This document shows, in pieces, positions 36,340 to 49,860 of a stretch of 64,000 nt of DNA (positions are counted from its first letter, which is position 1; each line of letters opens with the position of its first letter). The translations under genes were made by a program, and so were the position numbers. Under the pieces are notes generated by a model, which worked only from the letters and a program-made list of their open reading frames with translations, was not told where the DNA came from and did not search any database. This DNA is from Hemiscyllium ocellatum (lineage: Eukaryota): contig NC_083401.1 in assembly GCF_020745735.1 (NCBI RefSeq), positions 143,217,740 through 143,281,739 on the forward strand. The letters run 5' to 3'.

Positions 36340-36710
36340 GAGGATGAGCAGCCCTTCAGCACTGACACACAGTACCTTCAATGTGTACCATCTGTCAGGT
36401 GTACTGCAGTAACTCACCAAGGCTCCTCCTAGAGCACGATCCAGACCAAAGACCTCTACCACTGAGAAGGATGAGGACAGCTGATGGATGATTTACCTGG
36501 AAGTTCCACTCCAACCCACACACTTGGAACTATATCATTGCTCCCTCAGCATCATTGGATCAAAATCCTGAACTCCCTTTCTAACAGCACCTGGGAGTAC
36601 GTTTACAGCTGGCAATGCAGCAATTCAGGAAGGCATCTCACTCCAAGCTTCTCAGGACAATCAAGGATAGATAATAAATACTGACTTAATCAGCAATACC
36701 TACACTCTGA
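36340..36710 (+). mobile_element. Non-LTR retrotransposon 3' fragment, same family as 40030-40555
   Basis: TGTACCATCT..TGCAG.AACTCACCAAGG..TCAAAATCCTGAACTCCCT. Confidence 0.6.
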
Positions 36711-36904
36711 TTTTAAAAGAAAAATGCTTTGGTGGTCTTCCATTTTGTTCTAGCCACTGAATCTCTGACAATATTCATTGAGAAGTATCACTCTACTAGA
36801 CAAAAGCCTCCAAATTCAAATGAAGAATCTACATCACTGATCATTTTTAAACATTATGGAGGATATTCAGGTGTCAGAAAGAAGCCTTTATTTCAACGTC
36901 ATTG

Positions 36905-37075
36905 AAATGGATGGTTGTTAATGATCATATTGCTGTCAGTGGAATAGTTGTTTTACAAATTGGCTGCCATGATTCCTACATTGCAATAGTGATTGAAATT
37001 ACTTCATGGATTGTAAAGCACTTTAGCATCCTGAGTTCATGAAAAGTGCTGTACAGATGCAAGATTTTCTTTATT
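36905..37075 (+). mobile_element. DeuSINE 3' fragment
   Basis: CAAATTGGCTGCC..TTCCTACATTGCAA..TGTAAAGCACTTT..ATGCAAG. Confidence 0.7.
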
Positions 37076-39094
37076 CTTCAGGAATTATGGATGAAAATAA
37101 AATCCTTTCAAAGAACATAAGAATGAAAGTGCAAGGTGAACCAAAATGACCAAAAACATTTTGCTAATATAATATCATTTAATTAATAAAGATTTGATAC
37201 TGTTTATTACTTTTAAAGATGCAAGTTAATTCCTCAATGTTTTTTGTAAAGAGCAATGCTTTATGCTTTTTTGACTACTTAAAATAATTTCTTTCACAAA
37301 ATCTGTCAAAGTAAGAAAGTGATATATTCTCTCCTAAAATGTGGCAAGTATATTTTTATGAACTTTATTACATTCAATATAGAGTCTAGCTTATGTGGAT
37401 TTCTATTTTTTTTCACAGAAATGGTACCAGTGCTCGTCTATACGTATAAATGCAAGCTTATTATTACAACCACTTTGATCTGACTCTCCACTCCTCTGGC
37501 ACTTTCTTCTCTTTGGAACATCTTAACTTTCTCTGCCCTATCACTTCTCATTCAAAATTCTTATTCTGTAATGAGTGAGAATGATATAATTTTCTCATCA
37601 AGAAATCTTCACTGCTTTCCTCCCTCAATATCTGCACTGAATTAATTTGTGTTCTCATTGATCTTAACACAAAATACTTTCTCTCCTCCATGTTCATTGC
37701 CCTCTAATCTTTATGGATTTCTCCTTTCATATAAACTCTGCAACCCATACTCAAAGCCACTCTCTCAAACTTGCCATCTCATGTGGTCCTGGTAGTCTCC
37801 ATTATATCAATCACAGATAAGGTAATCTCTGATCACTTCTTTATTTCACTTTCAATTCGCACGTACTTCCCTGGCCTAACCTTACCACCCCAAGCATCCA
37901 TCTTGGAAAGCATGAGCTCACCCCCAGATACTAGACAAAATTTCATAATTTACTCCTTATCCAATTCATTTTACTTATCACCTTTGAATATAGATGTTGC
38001 ATGTGCTTTGTTTGCTGTTCGAACTTTACATTGAGTCTTCAGTTGCCATCACTAGGGAAAAGCATGGCTCACCATTCCTGTTTGCCTGGAGGAGAGTCTA
38101 CAGTGAGGCATTACTGAAACAGAGTGTTGTGGAGGGTATAAGCATGTGATATGAGTGGTGGTGCCAAGGCAATGAAAAATAATATGGAGAGACATTTGAG
38201 CAGACCTGAAGGAGATGGAAGGGTGTACAGAAAAATGGCTTTGTCTTCTGCCAAAAAAAAAGATGTGCACAAGAAAGGTGGGACCTCAATAAAGAGCCCC
38301 TACTTGCTCAGGTGGCTTTTATAGCCTTCCTAGGGCTGCTGTCTGTTACTTAATGGCTCATCGAATGGAAATACAATTTCCATCACACAATTGCACAGGT
38401 TTTAGATTTTCAGATCATTTGTGGAAATATTGGCTCCTGGCACAAATTGGGAATGGAATGTATCAGATTAATTTCCCACCCAAAGGATATTAATGGTATC
38501 TAAATATATTACAAGTAGGAACCTGCTGAGGGATAGTGTGAGGTCCAACCTGTCTCTGGTATATCATAATTTCTCAGAACGAAACTAAGAATTTGTTCTA
38601 AAACCTCTGCTTCTATATAGCTGCTAATTGTTTGTCTCTCAAGTCCATCAGTATATTTGGATAAGTTGCAACTTTCCTAAAAAAGTATAATACACCAAAT
38701 AATTGATAAAATTGTGTGTCATCCACTTGTTAATTGTCTATGGAAGCTGAAGAGTTCTTGAGATATAATTGAATCCACCAATTCAGTTGAGGACCTGATC
38801 CCTCCTAGGATGACCTCTTTTAAAGACTGTTAAAGACTTTTAATTTTTTTTTAACATAGTTGTTAATAAGTTGAGTATCACGACTAGGAATTTTATTATG
38901 TATTGAACTGATAACTGAAAGAAACTAGACTTAAAGCAGCTCAACCTTATTGGTGAGAATGAATACACAATCATTAAATGTTCTGCCTTCAAGTTTTGTG
39001 TTGCAAGTGATAGTGTTCCTATCTCTGGACCAGAAGGTTTCTGTTCAGGTGTCACCTGCCGTGGAGGTGTGTAGTCTCCTGACTCCCTAACTAC

Positions 39095-40025
39095 TGTCAG
39101 AGAATCATACAGCACACAAATAGACCCTTCAGTCCGACTCATCTGCCCCGGCAGTCATCCTAATCTGACCTACTCCAATTTGCCAGCATTTGACCCATAT
39201 CCCTTTAAACCCTCCCAATTGATATACCCATCCAGTTGTCTCTTAAACATTATAATTGTACCTGCCTCCACTGCTTCATCTGGCATCTTGTTTCCGACAT
39301 GTGCCACCCTCTGCATGGAAAAGTTAACCCTCAGGCCTTTTTAAAATCTTTCCTCTCTCACCTTAAGCCTATGCTCTCTAGTTTTGAACTCCATGCTTCT
39401 CATAGTTTTATAAACCTCTATAAGGTACTTGTCAGTATTTGAGGCTCCAGGGAAAAAATCCCCGTCTATTCAGCCTCTCCCTATTAATCAAATCCCCCAG
39501 TCCCAGCAACATTCTTGTAAACTGTTCTGCACCATTAAGTTTAATAACATCCTTCCTGTAGAAATGTAACCAGAATTGTATGCATTATTTCAAAAGTGGC
39601 TTCACCAATGTCGTATACAGCTGCAGAATGACCAATGGAGCAAGCGTGCCAAATGCTTTCTTCACCACCCTGTCTACTTGTGACTCCACCTTCAAGGAAC
39701 TATACACCTGCACTGATAGATCTCTTTGTTTGGTGACACTCCCCAGGGCCCTACCATAAACTATATAAATCCTACCCTGGTTTGCCATACCAAAATGCAA
39801 CACCTCACATTTATCTAAACTCTATCTGCCACTCCTTGGCCCATTGGCTCATCTGATCAAGGTCTCATTGTATTCTGAAATAATCTTCTGTATCCACTGC
39901 GCCACCTATTTTGGTGTCATGTGCAAACTTACTAACCATACCTCCTGTATTAACATCCAAATCATTTATATAAATGATGAAAAGCAGTGGACCCAGTACT
40001 GAATCTTTGGCACACACTAGTCACA
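39095..40025 (-). mobile_element. CR1/HER1-type LINE 3' fragment
   Basis: ORF 39585-39803 (LHFG.ANQGR..RDL.VQV). Reverse tail at 39095. Confidence 0.9.
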
Positions 40026-40029
40026 GGTA

Positions 40030-40555
40030 GAGGTCACTGTCCACCATCTACAAGACACAAATTAGCAGTGTGATGGAATACTTACCACTTATCTAGATGA
40101 GTACAGCTCCAAGAAGCTTGAATACTATTCATGACATTACAGCTGTTCACTGGTATCACATTCACAAACATCCAATCCCTCCACCACCACACTCAGTACC
40201 AGTATGTATTATCTACAACATGCACTGCAGAAATACACCAAGGCTTCTACAATAGCATCTTCCAAACCCATCACCATCACCAGCTAGAAAGGTAAGGACA
40301 GCAGATACATGGCAACAGCACCGTATACAGGTTCTCATCCAAGCCTTTCATCAGATTTAGAAATATATTGCCATTTCTTCAATGTTGCTGGGTCAAAATT
40401 CTGGAACTCCCTCTTTAAAAGCATTTTAGGTGCACCTGCACTAAATGGACTGCAATGTTTGAAGAAAATGGCTCACAACCACCTTCTCAAGGGCAACACA
40501 GGATAGGCAATAAATGGTGTCCAAACTAGCAGTACCCACATGCCATGCATGAATA
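40030..40555 (+). mobile_element. Non-LTR retrotransposon 3' end, clade uncertain
   Basis: STIYKTQISSVMEY-like coding remnant. The 3' tail is shared with SINE-B. Confidence 0.65.
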
Positions 40556-41329
40556 AAAAGATCTCCCTTTTTATTAGATTTCACATAAAATGAACTATCA
40601 CTAGATTCCTTTAATAAACACAAAATTATTGATTTATTATGAAACAAGACCTATTTAATTAAGTTGTAAAAACGGTTAACACACATAGTTTTTAATATGA
40701 ACATACACGTTTGCACCTCTAAAATAATCCTAAAATATCTGCATTCCCATGTGCACATACGTGTATGCAGACAAAAATGGATTCCTCTTGGCAGAGATTC
40801 ACTTTGCAGTTGACAGAGATTCACCATGTCTTAGTTCCAGAATGCAAAATGGACAAAGATTAAGATTTTCAAATGGTTGACATTCTGGTATGTGTAAGTG
40901 GATATTACCAAACATAAGAATTTGACTCTGGCATCTTGGCATTCATCTCTTGCTCAGGAACACAATGTTGGGAAGTCTTACAGGCATTATTTAAGACAAT
41001 AATAAAGATTCACCAGATTCATCACAAAGGTACTTTGCGAACAGTGGTCACCAACTCAGCAGCTTGTTCTTTTTAGCAGGTCTCTTCCAACTGAAAATCC
41101 CAACCTACAAAATACAAGAACAGCCATAAAGCTTGGAAACTCATTCACAAAAGTAGACAGGTACTTTTCATGGAAGGAGTTCAATCAACCAAAACCAGTA
41201 ACATCTTCAACTCAGCTCAACATCCTTTCCCCCACAGCCCCAAACACTCTATTACTGTGACTTAAGGCCTTTTGTTCAATCTGTCTGTCTTTTGTTTCAT
41301 CATTAGTAGCATGCATTTATCACCCTAGA

Positions 41330-41525
41330 GCCAACAGATTTGACTTCACGCTCTACATATCTCTGCCCCATTAAGTCCATCTTACCCTTTAAAACCTTAC
41401 CTAAAATTTATCTTTTCTAAAAGCATTTGGTCAACACTCCCAACATTGCCTTCTTTATCCTTTATATTTGATTATGTATATGTGAAGTGCCCTTGACATT
41501 TCTTTTTATTTTAAATGTATATTGA
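41330..41525 (+). mobile_element. L2-type tail fragment
   Basis: Resembles 34100-34235 (TGTGAAGTGCC.TTGACATT). Confidence 0.45.
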
Positions 41526-43017
41526 ACTTTTGCAGTTTTTGTCACTGTCTCTCTCTCCACTCCTTTATTTGTTAAATGATCAGTATCTCATTCTCACTAT
41601 CTCTGCCATTTTGGCAGCCTCTGTCACAGCCCAGCAAACATTTCATAATAACAGCACAGAATTTTCTCTATCCCTTCATCAGAGAATGTTCCTTTACTCT
41701 TAGGTTGGATACAAGAGGTCAGTTCTAGTTGATGGTTGTGGTCAGTGCACTTACGCTGACCTCCTCAACCATGAAACGTGCATTCAGAAGCTACTTTTAC
41801 ATTTAACAAAACCCTCTTAAAGTGAATATTACCTTTGCTACTGCTGTTCTAAATTTGGGTTTAGTCCCCTGCGGGTTCTGAAACTTCTAGCCTTTCAACC
41901 AAAGTATTTATGACACTCCAATAAATTTAGCAGTACCAGTAACATCTTTGATAGTCTGGAAAAAAAGGAGTGCATGGAAAAAAAGAATTATTGTTCACTT
42001 CTATGAAGCTCAGATGATTAGCTTTAATCAGGTAGTCTACTTCGATGCATGCAAGGCTGAGAGCTTGCAATAAAATCAAAGGGTTAGGTTATAGGGTTAA
42101 TGATGGGGAAATAAATACAAATGCTTCAGGATAAGACTGTCTTTGCACTGTGCCTTAGTTATTCATTAACCGAGAGAGTAAGGAGCTGTGTTGTGAAGAG
42201 GATTGCTGTTATTCTGTCAAGAAATAAAATCATCCTAGACTTTATTGAAATAATCATGGCACTTTATTGAATGTAGTGATCAACTTACTTACTTTTTATC
42301 CTTTACAATATATAAAAAATTCTGACAAACCATTTCAAATATCATAAATTATAATTCCATGATTTATGTCATGTAGATGACATGGTAGTAAAACCATGTT
42401 CTATCTAAGTTACCATCACTTATATTCTGCTCTTTATCTAACTACAATCTTATCAGTATTATTGAGTAGACTTACAATTTCCTTCATGTTATTGTGACTA
42501 GAGAGTCTGTAAAAGACGAATTGTTTGGTGTCCCATTAAAACTGGAGTTTTCTTTAAAGACTCTTCTTCATTATTCCCTACTGTCATACCAGGAATGGAT
42601 GCACAGGTTCATAGTTTTGAAGGAGATGTGGAGCTTTATCACAACATTCCAGTCAATTTTCAAAAATGCTTAGCAGGTCAAGGTAATTAACAGACTCCAC
42701 AGAACCAAGTTTGTAAATGTGAAATAAATAAGGTACTTGCAAAAGTCTTTAGAACAGACAACATGGTTACTGATGTTAACACTAAATGGAAATGCTCAGT
42801 GTTCTTTGTCTTAGCTTTTTTTGCTTTACTGAATATTTTCACTTATATAATTCTATTTATCAAAAGAAAGAGCTTTCATTCCTTTTGCAACTTTCACATT
42901 TTCAGGTTGTCCCAAAGCACTTTACAGGAAATGAATTTCTGGACTGAAAGAAATATTTGTGATTTATAAAGGGAGCACAGTCTGAACCAGAGAGGCTCTT
43001 CAGCACTTATTAGGAAA

Positions 43018-43114
43018 ATCCTGATGAAGGGATTATGGCCCAAACATGGATTCTCCTGCTGTTCGGATGCTGCCTGACCTGCTGTGCTTTCCCTGCAACA
43101 TACTCTTGGACCTG
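43018..43114 (+). mobile_element. Solo Penelope terminal fragment (family A)
   Basis: Starts ATCCTGATGAAGGG. Flanked by the direct repeat TTAGGAAA (43010-43017 and 43115-43122). Confidence 0.8.
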
Positions 43115-43264
43115 TTAGGAAATACCTTTCAAGATGTAGCTGGCCTCTTTATCTTGCATATTGCACAGTAAGGTTATCAGTTGCATTGTTCGAATGTTAC
43201 TAGACTGCTAAAGAAAAGCAATACAAAAGAAAGTCATGCTCATTGCATAGGTGGCTATAGGTGC

Positions 43265-43478
43265 AGTTGGGAGTTAGTTAATCCAGTTAGCTTGACTGGC
43301 TGCTCTGCAATGCAGAATGATGCCAACACTCCTGGTTCAATTCCTGTACCAGCTGATGTTACTGTGAAGGATTATCATTCTCAATCTCTCCCCTCATTTG
43401 AGGCATTATGGACTCCAGTTAAGTTATCTCGCATGCGAAAGTTGCCCTATGGTTTGGTAAGATTATGATAACTTTACT
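43265..43478 (+). mobile_element. tRNA-derived SINE, third family, degenerate
   Basis: B-box-like GGTTCAATTCC near 43334. Confidence 0.45.
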
Positions 43479-43654
43479 GTTATATGTGGAGTGTACTGCA
43501 GCAAATAACCTAGGATAGCGTTATATTTGTAGTTATCAAAGAGGTGGTATATCACAAATAAACATTTGTACATATGAAGAAAAAGTGTTGAAAATAGATT
43601 TTAGATGCAAATGTTCGAAGCTATTAAATGGAATGTAATAGAAATGCATGCGAT

Positions 43655-45050
43655 CTGGCAGAGTCCACATGGCTTCATGTAGGAAAGTCATGTCTGACAA
43701 ATCTACTAGAATTCTTTGAGGAAGTAACAAGCAAGAAAGGGCTGCACGGTGGCATGCTGGGCAGCACGGTGGCACAGTGGTTAGCACTGCTGCCTCACAG
43801 CACCAGACACCCGGGTTCAATTCCCGCCTCAGGCAATTGTCTGTGTGGAGTTTGCACATTCTCCCTGTGTCTGCATCGGTTTCCTCTGGGTTCTCCGGTT
43901 TCCTCCCACAGTCCAAAAAATGTGCATGTTAGGTGAATTGGCCATGTTAAATTGCCCATCGTGTTAGTTGTAGGGGAATGGGTCTGGATGGGTTGCTCTT
44001 CGGAGGGTTGGTGTGGACTTGTTGGGCCGAAGAGCCTGTTTCCATACTGTAAGTAATCTAATCTAATAGATAAAGGGGAAACTGTGGATGCAAATAATTT
44101 GCATTTTTGGACAATGTTTGGTAGAATACCACACATTAGGCTACTTAATAAGAGCCCATAATGTGAGAAGTAATATATTAGCATGGATAAAAGATCTGTT
44201 AAGAGAGTTGGAATAAAGAGGGCTTTTTCACGATGGCAATATATAACTAGTGGAGTGCTAGAATCAGTGCTGGGACCATATTTATTTACAATATAAATGA
44301 CTTGGATGAGGAAGATGAATGCACTGTAGTTAAATTTGCACATGAACCAAAAATGGATTGGAAGGTGAGTAGTTTGAATACACAAAAAGGGTGCAAAGGG
44401 ATACAGATGGAATAAGTGCATGGGTTAAAACTTTCCAATTATAATGTGGAGAAATGTGAGGTTATGCACTTTGGAGTGAAGAATAGAGGAGATGAATATT
44501 ATTTTAATGGAGAAAGACAGCAGAAATGACAAAAACAGAAGGATTTGGAACCCCTTGCCCATGAATAACAAAGAGCTGAAAGTGGATATTTGGGAAGGCA
44601 AATGAAATGTTGGCCTTTATTGAAAAGGGATTGGAGTAGAAAAGAGGGAGATTGTGCAAAGTGTATATAAGATAGCAGTCAGATCACAGCTGGAATACTG
44701 TTAAATGTTTTGAATCCCTTATCAAAGGAAAGATATACAGGTTTGGAAGTAGTGTAGAGGGGCCTCACTATACTGACACCAATTTTAGAGGGACTGTTTT
44801 AAGAGGACTTGAGTAGATTGGGCCTATACTCATTGGACTTTGGAAAGGTGAGAGGTAACTACATTAACACATACAAGATTCTTAGAAATACCTGACAGGG
44901 TAGATGCAGAAAGTTTGTTTCCCTTTATGAAATCGTCTACATCCAGAAAGCTTAATCTTACTATAAGGGGTCACACATTTCAGTCAGAGATGAAGAGGAA
45001 TTTCTTCTCTCAGAGGGTTGTGAATCTGTGAAACTCTTCAGAACAAAGGT
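43655..45050 (+). mobile_element. Old CR1 RT region; its 3' tail resumes at 48871-49060
   Basis: [16 protein letters not shown] and later decayed RT motifs. Split by an HE1 SINE and by the younger CR1. Confidence 0.85.
43740..44066 (+). mobile_element. HE1-type SINE with duplicated 5' start
   Basis: GCACGGTGGCA occurs twice. A/B boxes and an (AATCT)n tail are present. Confidence 0.9.
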
Positions 45051-48000
45051 CTGGGTAATCCAAAATGGAGGACGGGAAACATTTCTGGCTGTAACAGCCA
45101 CTCCTCTTGAGGTATTTTAGTTGCTGGAGGTGATTTCCTCGAATTCCAGGAGCAGCAATTACTGTTTTATATGCTGTTGCATTGTTTTGGAACTTTGGAA
45201 AAAAAAGCCAAAACAACAGCAGTTTTAAAAGGGAGAAGAACAGACAAAGGAATCACATGGTGAGGTCAGTGCAGGAGAGAGAGAGAGAAAGTAACTGACA
45301 GAGTAGTCAACTTGCACAGTTACTATTTTTGAATTTATGTATCGCTAGACATCGGAGTGTGTCTGGGAAAATGAGCAAACAGTGAAATTCACAACTGATC
45401 TTGGAGGAACTGTTTGGGCGATGTTCACAGCACAGAAGCAGACAAGTGTATTGCATTGTTTTTAAGTGTGACCTACAGAAAGTCTGCAGTAGTGAGTAAA
45501 GTGGGTTCTTTCTTGATTATATGCTTTTTGAGACATGTCTCTTGATTAAACTTAAAATATAAGCCATTATATTAATTTAACCTAGGACAGTGTTTTGTAG
45601 AGGAATAGGATGGTGTTATTTTCTAGGTCTGTAGATTGTGAAGGAGCAAAAATGACCTTCGGTAGAGCGATGTGCGCTTCTTGTCAGATGTTGGAGTTGA
45701 AAGAGAGTTTAAGGGTTACTGCGGATTATATCTGCAATAAATACTGTTGGTTGCAAATCTTATCAGATCAAATGGATCGGTTGGAGAGACAGTCAGAAGC
45801 AATGAGGAATTTGGAACAGCAACAGTATGTGATGTATGGCAGTTATAGGAAGGGGGAAAGTCTCATATAGATGGGTTAACTCCATGAAAGGTAAGAGAAG
45901 TAGGCAGCTAGTGCAGGAGCCTTCTGTGGCTATATCCATTTCAAACAATTATGCTGTTTTGGAAAATATAGGGGGTGATGGATTCTCAAGGGAATGTAGC
46001 ATGAACAGCCAAATTTCTGGTATTGAGACTGGCTCAAATGCAATGAGGGGTACATCAGGTTTCAAGAGATCAATTGTGTCAGGGGACTCTCTAGTCCGAG
46101 GTACAGACAGACGTTTCTGTGGCCAGCAGAGAAAAAGCTGAATGGTGTGTTGCTTCCCTGGTGCCAGGATCAATGATGTCTCAGAGAGGGTGCAGAATAT
46201 TCTCAAGGGTCAGAGGGGCCAGCAAGAGGTCATTGTCCACATTGAAACCAATGACCTAGGGAGGGGAAAGGTTGAGATTCTGAAGGAAGATTACATAGGG
46301 TTAGGCAGGAATTTAAAAAGGATGTCCTCGAGAGTAATAATATCTGGATTTCTCCCGGTGCTACATGCTAGTGAGAGCAGGAATAGAAGGATAGAGCAGA
46401 TGAATGCATAGCTGAGGAGCTGCATGAGAAGGATCCACATATTTGGATCATTGGAATCTCTTTTGGGGTTGAAGTGACCTGTACAAGAGGACAGTTTGCA
46501 CCTAAATTGGAAGGGGACTAATATACTGGCTGAGAAATTTGCTAGAGCTGTTCGAGAGGATTTAAACTAGTAAGTGGGGGGTGGGGTGGGGGTGGAGGCT
46601 GGGACCAGGGAAATAGTGAGGGAAGAGATCAATCTGAGACTGGTACAATTGAGAACAGAAGCGAGTCAAACAGTCAGGGCAGGCAGGGACAAGGCAGGAC
46701 TAATAAATTAAACTGCATTTATTTCAATGCAAGGGGCCTAACAGGGAAGGCAGATGAACTCAGGGCATGGTTAGGAACATCAGACTGGGATATTATAGCA
46801 ATTACAGAAACATGGCTCAGATATGGGCAGGACTGGCAGCTTAATGTTCCAGGATACAAATGCTACAGGAAGGATAGAAAAGGAGGCAAGAGAGGAGGGG
46901 GAGTGGTGTTTTTGATAAGGGATAGCATTACAGCTGTGCTGAGAGAGGATATTCCTGGAAATACATCCAGGGATGTTATTTGGGTGGAACTGAGAAATAA
47001 GAAAGGGATGATCACCATATTTGGATTGTATTATAGTTCCCCTAATCGTCAGAGGGAAATTGAGAAACAAACTCGTAAGGAGATCTCAGCTATTTGTAAG
47101 AATAATATGGTGGTTATGGTAGGTGATTTTAACTTTCCAAACATAGACTGGGACTGCCAAAGTGTTACGGGTTTAGATGGAGAGGAATTTGTTGAGTATG
47201 TACAAGAAAATTTCCTGATTTACTATGCCAATGTACCTACTAGAGAAGGTGCAAAACTTGGTAAATAAGACAGGGCAGGTGACTGAGGTGTCTGTGGGGG
47301 AGCACTTTGGGGTCAGCGACCATAATTCTATTAGATTTAAAATAGTGATGGACAAGGATAGAGCAGATCTAAAAGTTGAAGTTCAAAATTGGAGGAAGGC
47401 TAATTTTGACGGTATTAAGCAAGGACTTTCAAAAGCTGATTGGGCGCAGATGTTCACAGATAAAGGGACGGCTGGAAAATGAGAAGCCTTCAGAAATGAG
47501 ATAACGAAAATCCAGAGAATGTATATTCCTGTCAGGGTGAAAGGAAAGGCTGGTAGGTATAGGGAATGCTGGATGGCTAAAGAAATTGAGGGTTTGGTTA
47601 AGAAAAAGAAGGAAGCACATGTAAGGTATAGACAGGATAGATCGAGTGAATCATTAGAAGAGTATAAAGTTAGTAAGAGTATACTTAAGAGGGATATCAG
47701 TAAGGCTTTCGACAAGGTTCCCCATGGGAGACTGATTAGTAAGGTTAAATCTCACGGAATAAAGGGAGAACTAGCCATTTGGATACAGAACTGGCTCAAA
47801 GGTAGAAGACAGAAACTGGTGATGGGGGATTGTTTTTCAGACTGGAGGCCTGTGACCAGTGGAGTGCCACAAGGATCGGTGCTGGGTCCTCTACTTTTTG
47901 TCATTTATATAAATGATTTGGATGCGAGCATATGAAGTATAGTTAGTAAGTTTGCAGATGATACCAAAATTGGAGGTGTAGTGGACAGCGAAGAAGGTTA

Positions 48001-48870
48001 CCTCAGATTACAACAGGATCTTGATCAGATGGGCCAACGAGCTGAGAAGTGGCAGATGGAGTGTAATTCAGGTAAATGCGAGGTGCTGCATTTTGGGAAA
48101 GCAAATCTTAGCAGGAGTTATACACTTAATGGTAAAGTCCTAGAGAGTGTTGATGAACAAAGAGACCTTGGTGTGCGGGTTCATAGCTCCTTGAAAGTGG
48201 AGTCGCAGGTAGTGAAGAAGAAGTTTGGTATGTTTTCTTTTATTGGTCAGAGTATTGAGTACAGGGGTTGGGATATCATGTTGTGGCTGTACAGGACATT
48301 GGTTAGGCCACTATTGGAATATTGCGTGCAATTTTGGTCTCCTTCCTATCGGAAAGATGTGAAACTTGAAAGGGTTCAGAAAAGATTTACAAGGATGTTG
48401 CCAGGGTTGGAGGATTTGAGCTATAGGGAGAGGCTGAACAGGCTGGGGCTGTTTTCCCTGGAGTGTCGGAGGCTGAGGGGTGACCTTATAGAGGTTTACA
48501 AAATTATGAGGGACATGGATAGGATAAATAGACAAAGTCTTTTCCCTGGGATTGGGGAGTTCTGAACTAAAGGGCATAGGTTTAGAATGAGAGGGGAAAG
48601 ATATAAAAGAGACTTAAGGGGCAACTTTTTCATGCAGAGGGTGGTATGTGTATGGAATGAACTGCCACAGGATGTGGTGGAGGCTGGTACAATTGCAACA
48701 TTTAAAAGGCATTTGGATGGGTATATGAATCGGAAGGGTTTGGAGGGATATGGGTCGGGTGCTGGAAGGTGGAACCAGATTGAGTTGAGATATCTGGTCG
48801 GCATGGATGGATTGGACCGAAGGGTCTGTTTCCATGCTGTACATCTCAATGACTCTATGACTCTATGACT
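45051..48870 (+). mobile_element. Near full-length CR1/HER1-type LINE (5'UTR, ORF1 zinc finger + SGNH esterase, ORF2 APE-RT), inactivated
   Basis: ORF1: CASC..C.KYC, GDSLVRG, HIETND. ORF2: [50 protein letters not shown]. Tail (GACTCTAT)n. Stops, frameshifts and an internal deletion near 47700. Confidence 0.95.
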
Positions 48871-49149
48871 GTTGAGGCTGGGTCATTATGTATGTTGAAA
48901 GCTGAGAGTCAGACTTTCAATCACTCAAGGATCAAAGGTTGTAGAGAAAAGGCTGAAAATTGGAGCTGAACAAGATCAGATCAGTCATGATCTCATTCAA
49001 CAGTGGAACAGACTTGATAATCTGAATAACCTACTTCTGCTTCTGCTTCAACATTTTATGAGAACAAGAGGTGATGGTAAACCATTGCTTTGAGGAGACG
49101 CTTATAGGTTTAGTACGGCTATTCAACAGTCTTGGCAAGTCACTTTACA

Positions 49150-49780
49150 TTTAATGATCATGGACTTCACCATTGGACAGTGCTTCCTGTAAGACCATTA
49201 ATTTGAGATAATGAGGGAAGGAGGTAATATGTTGATCACCCCAAATTCTTATACGTGTCTTGGAAGGGTGTACTGGTCTGTTGCAGTCTGTTGTCAGAAA
49301 TAATTTGTTGAGGAACATATTGAATATCAGTGAATATGTTAATATCTCTTGCACCAGTAATTTGTCTTCAAAAGGGAATTTTGTGAAATAGTTGGTCACT
49401 GGGATACATGTAAAATATTAGGCACCACCTTGCATCATGATTCAGGAAGCATTTGGTGTAGAATGACAGTTCTCTCCATTGTTGCGTTGATGGAATTGAT
49501 ACATTTCATATAACTTGCCTCCTGGAGTGTTAATGGCAATTTGTTATATTGTGGGTGTTGTAAAAGGAGAGAAAAACCATTGCTTTTGGGTTTGGATAAC
49601 CATGGGTTAGTTTTAAGTTTCAAAAAGACCAAAGACTGGAAAGTCATCAGGCAGATTAGAAGGAATCTGACTGAGGCCAGATGCAAATATAATCTAATGA
49701 GGTCATATGGTCCATCAGGTTGTAGCTCCATCTGTATAACATAATGAAATCTCACTTCTAATGCACAAAATCCCACTGGT
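49150..49780 (-). mobile_element. Highly degenerate Ty3/Gypsy integrase remnant
   Basis: TNYFTKFPFEDKL (cf. DYYSKFP..KL) and WGDQHITSFPHY (cf. WG..HITSSPHY) in ORF 49151-49399. Confidence 0.55.
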
Positions 49781-49860
49781 ATGTCACTCAGCTATTTGGA
49801 AAACACAGGCTAAAATAGCAGAACAGGCTCAGGGATCTGAATTGTCTACTCCTGCTACTT

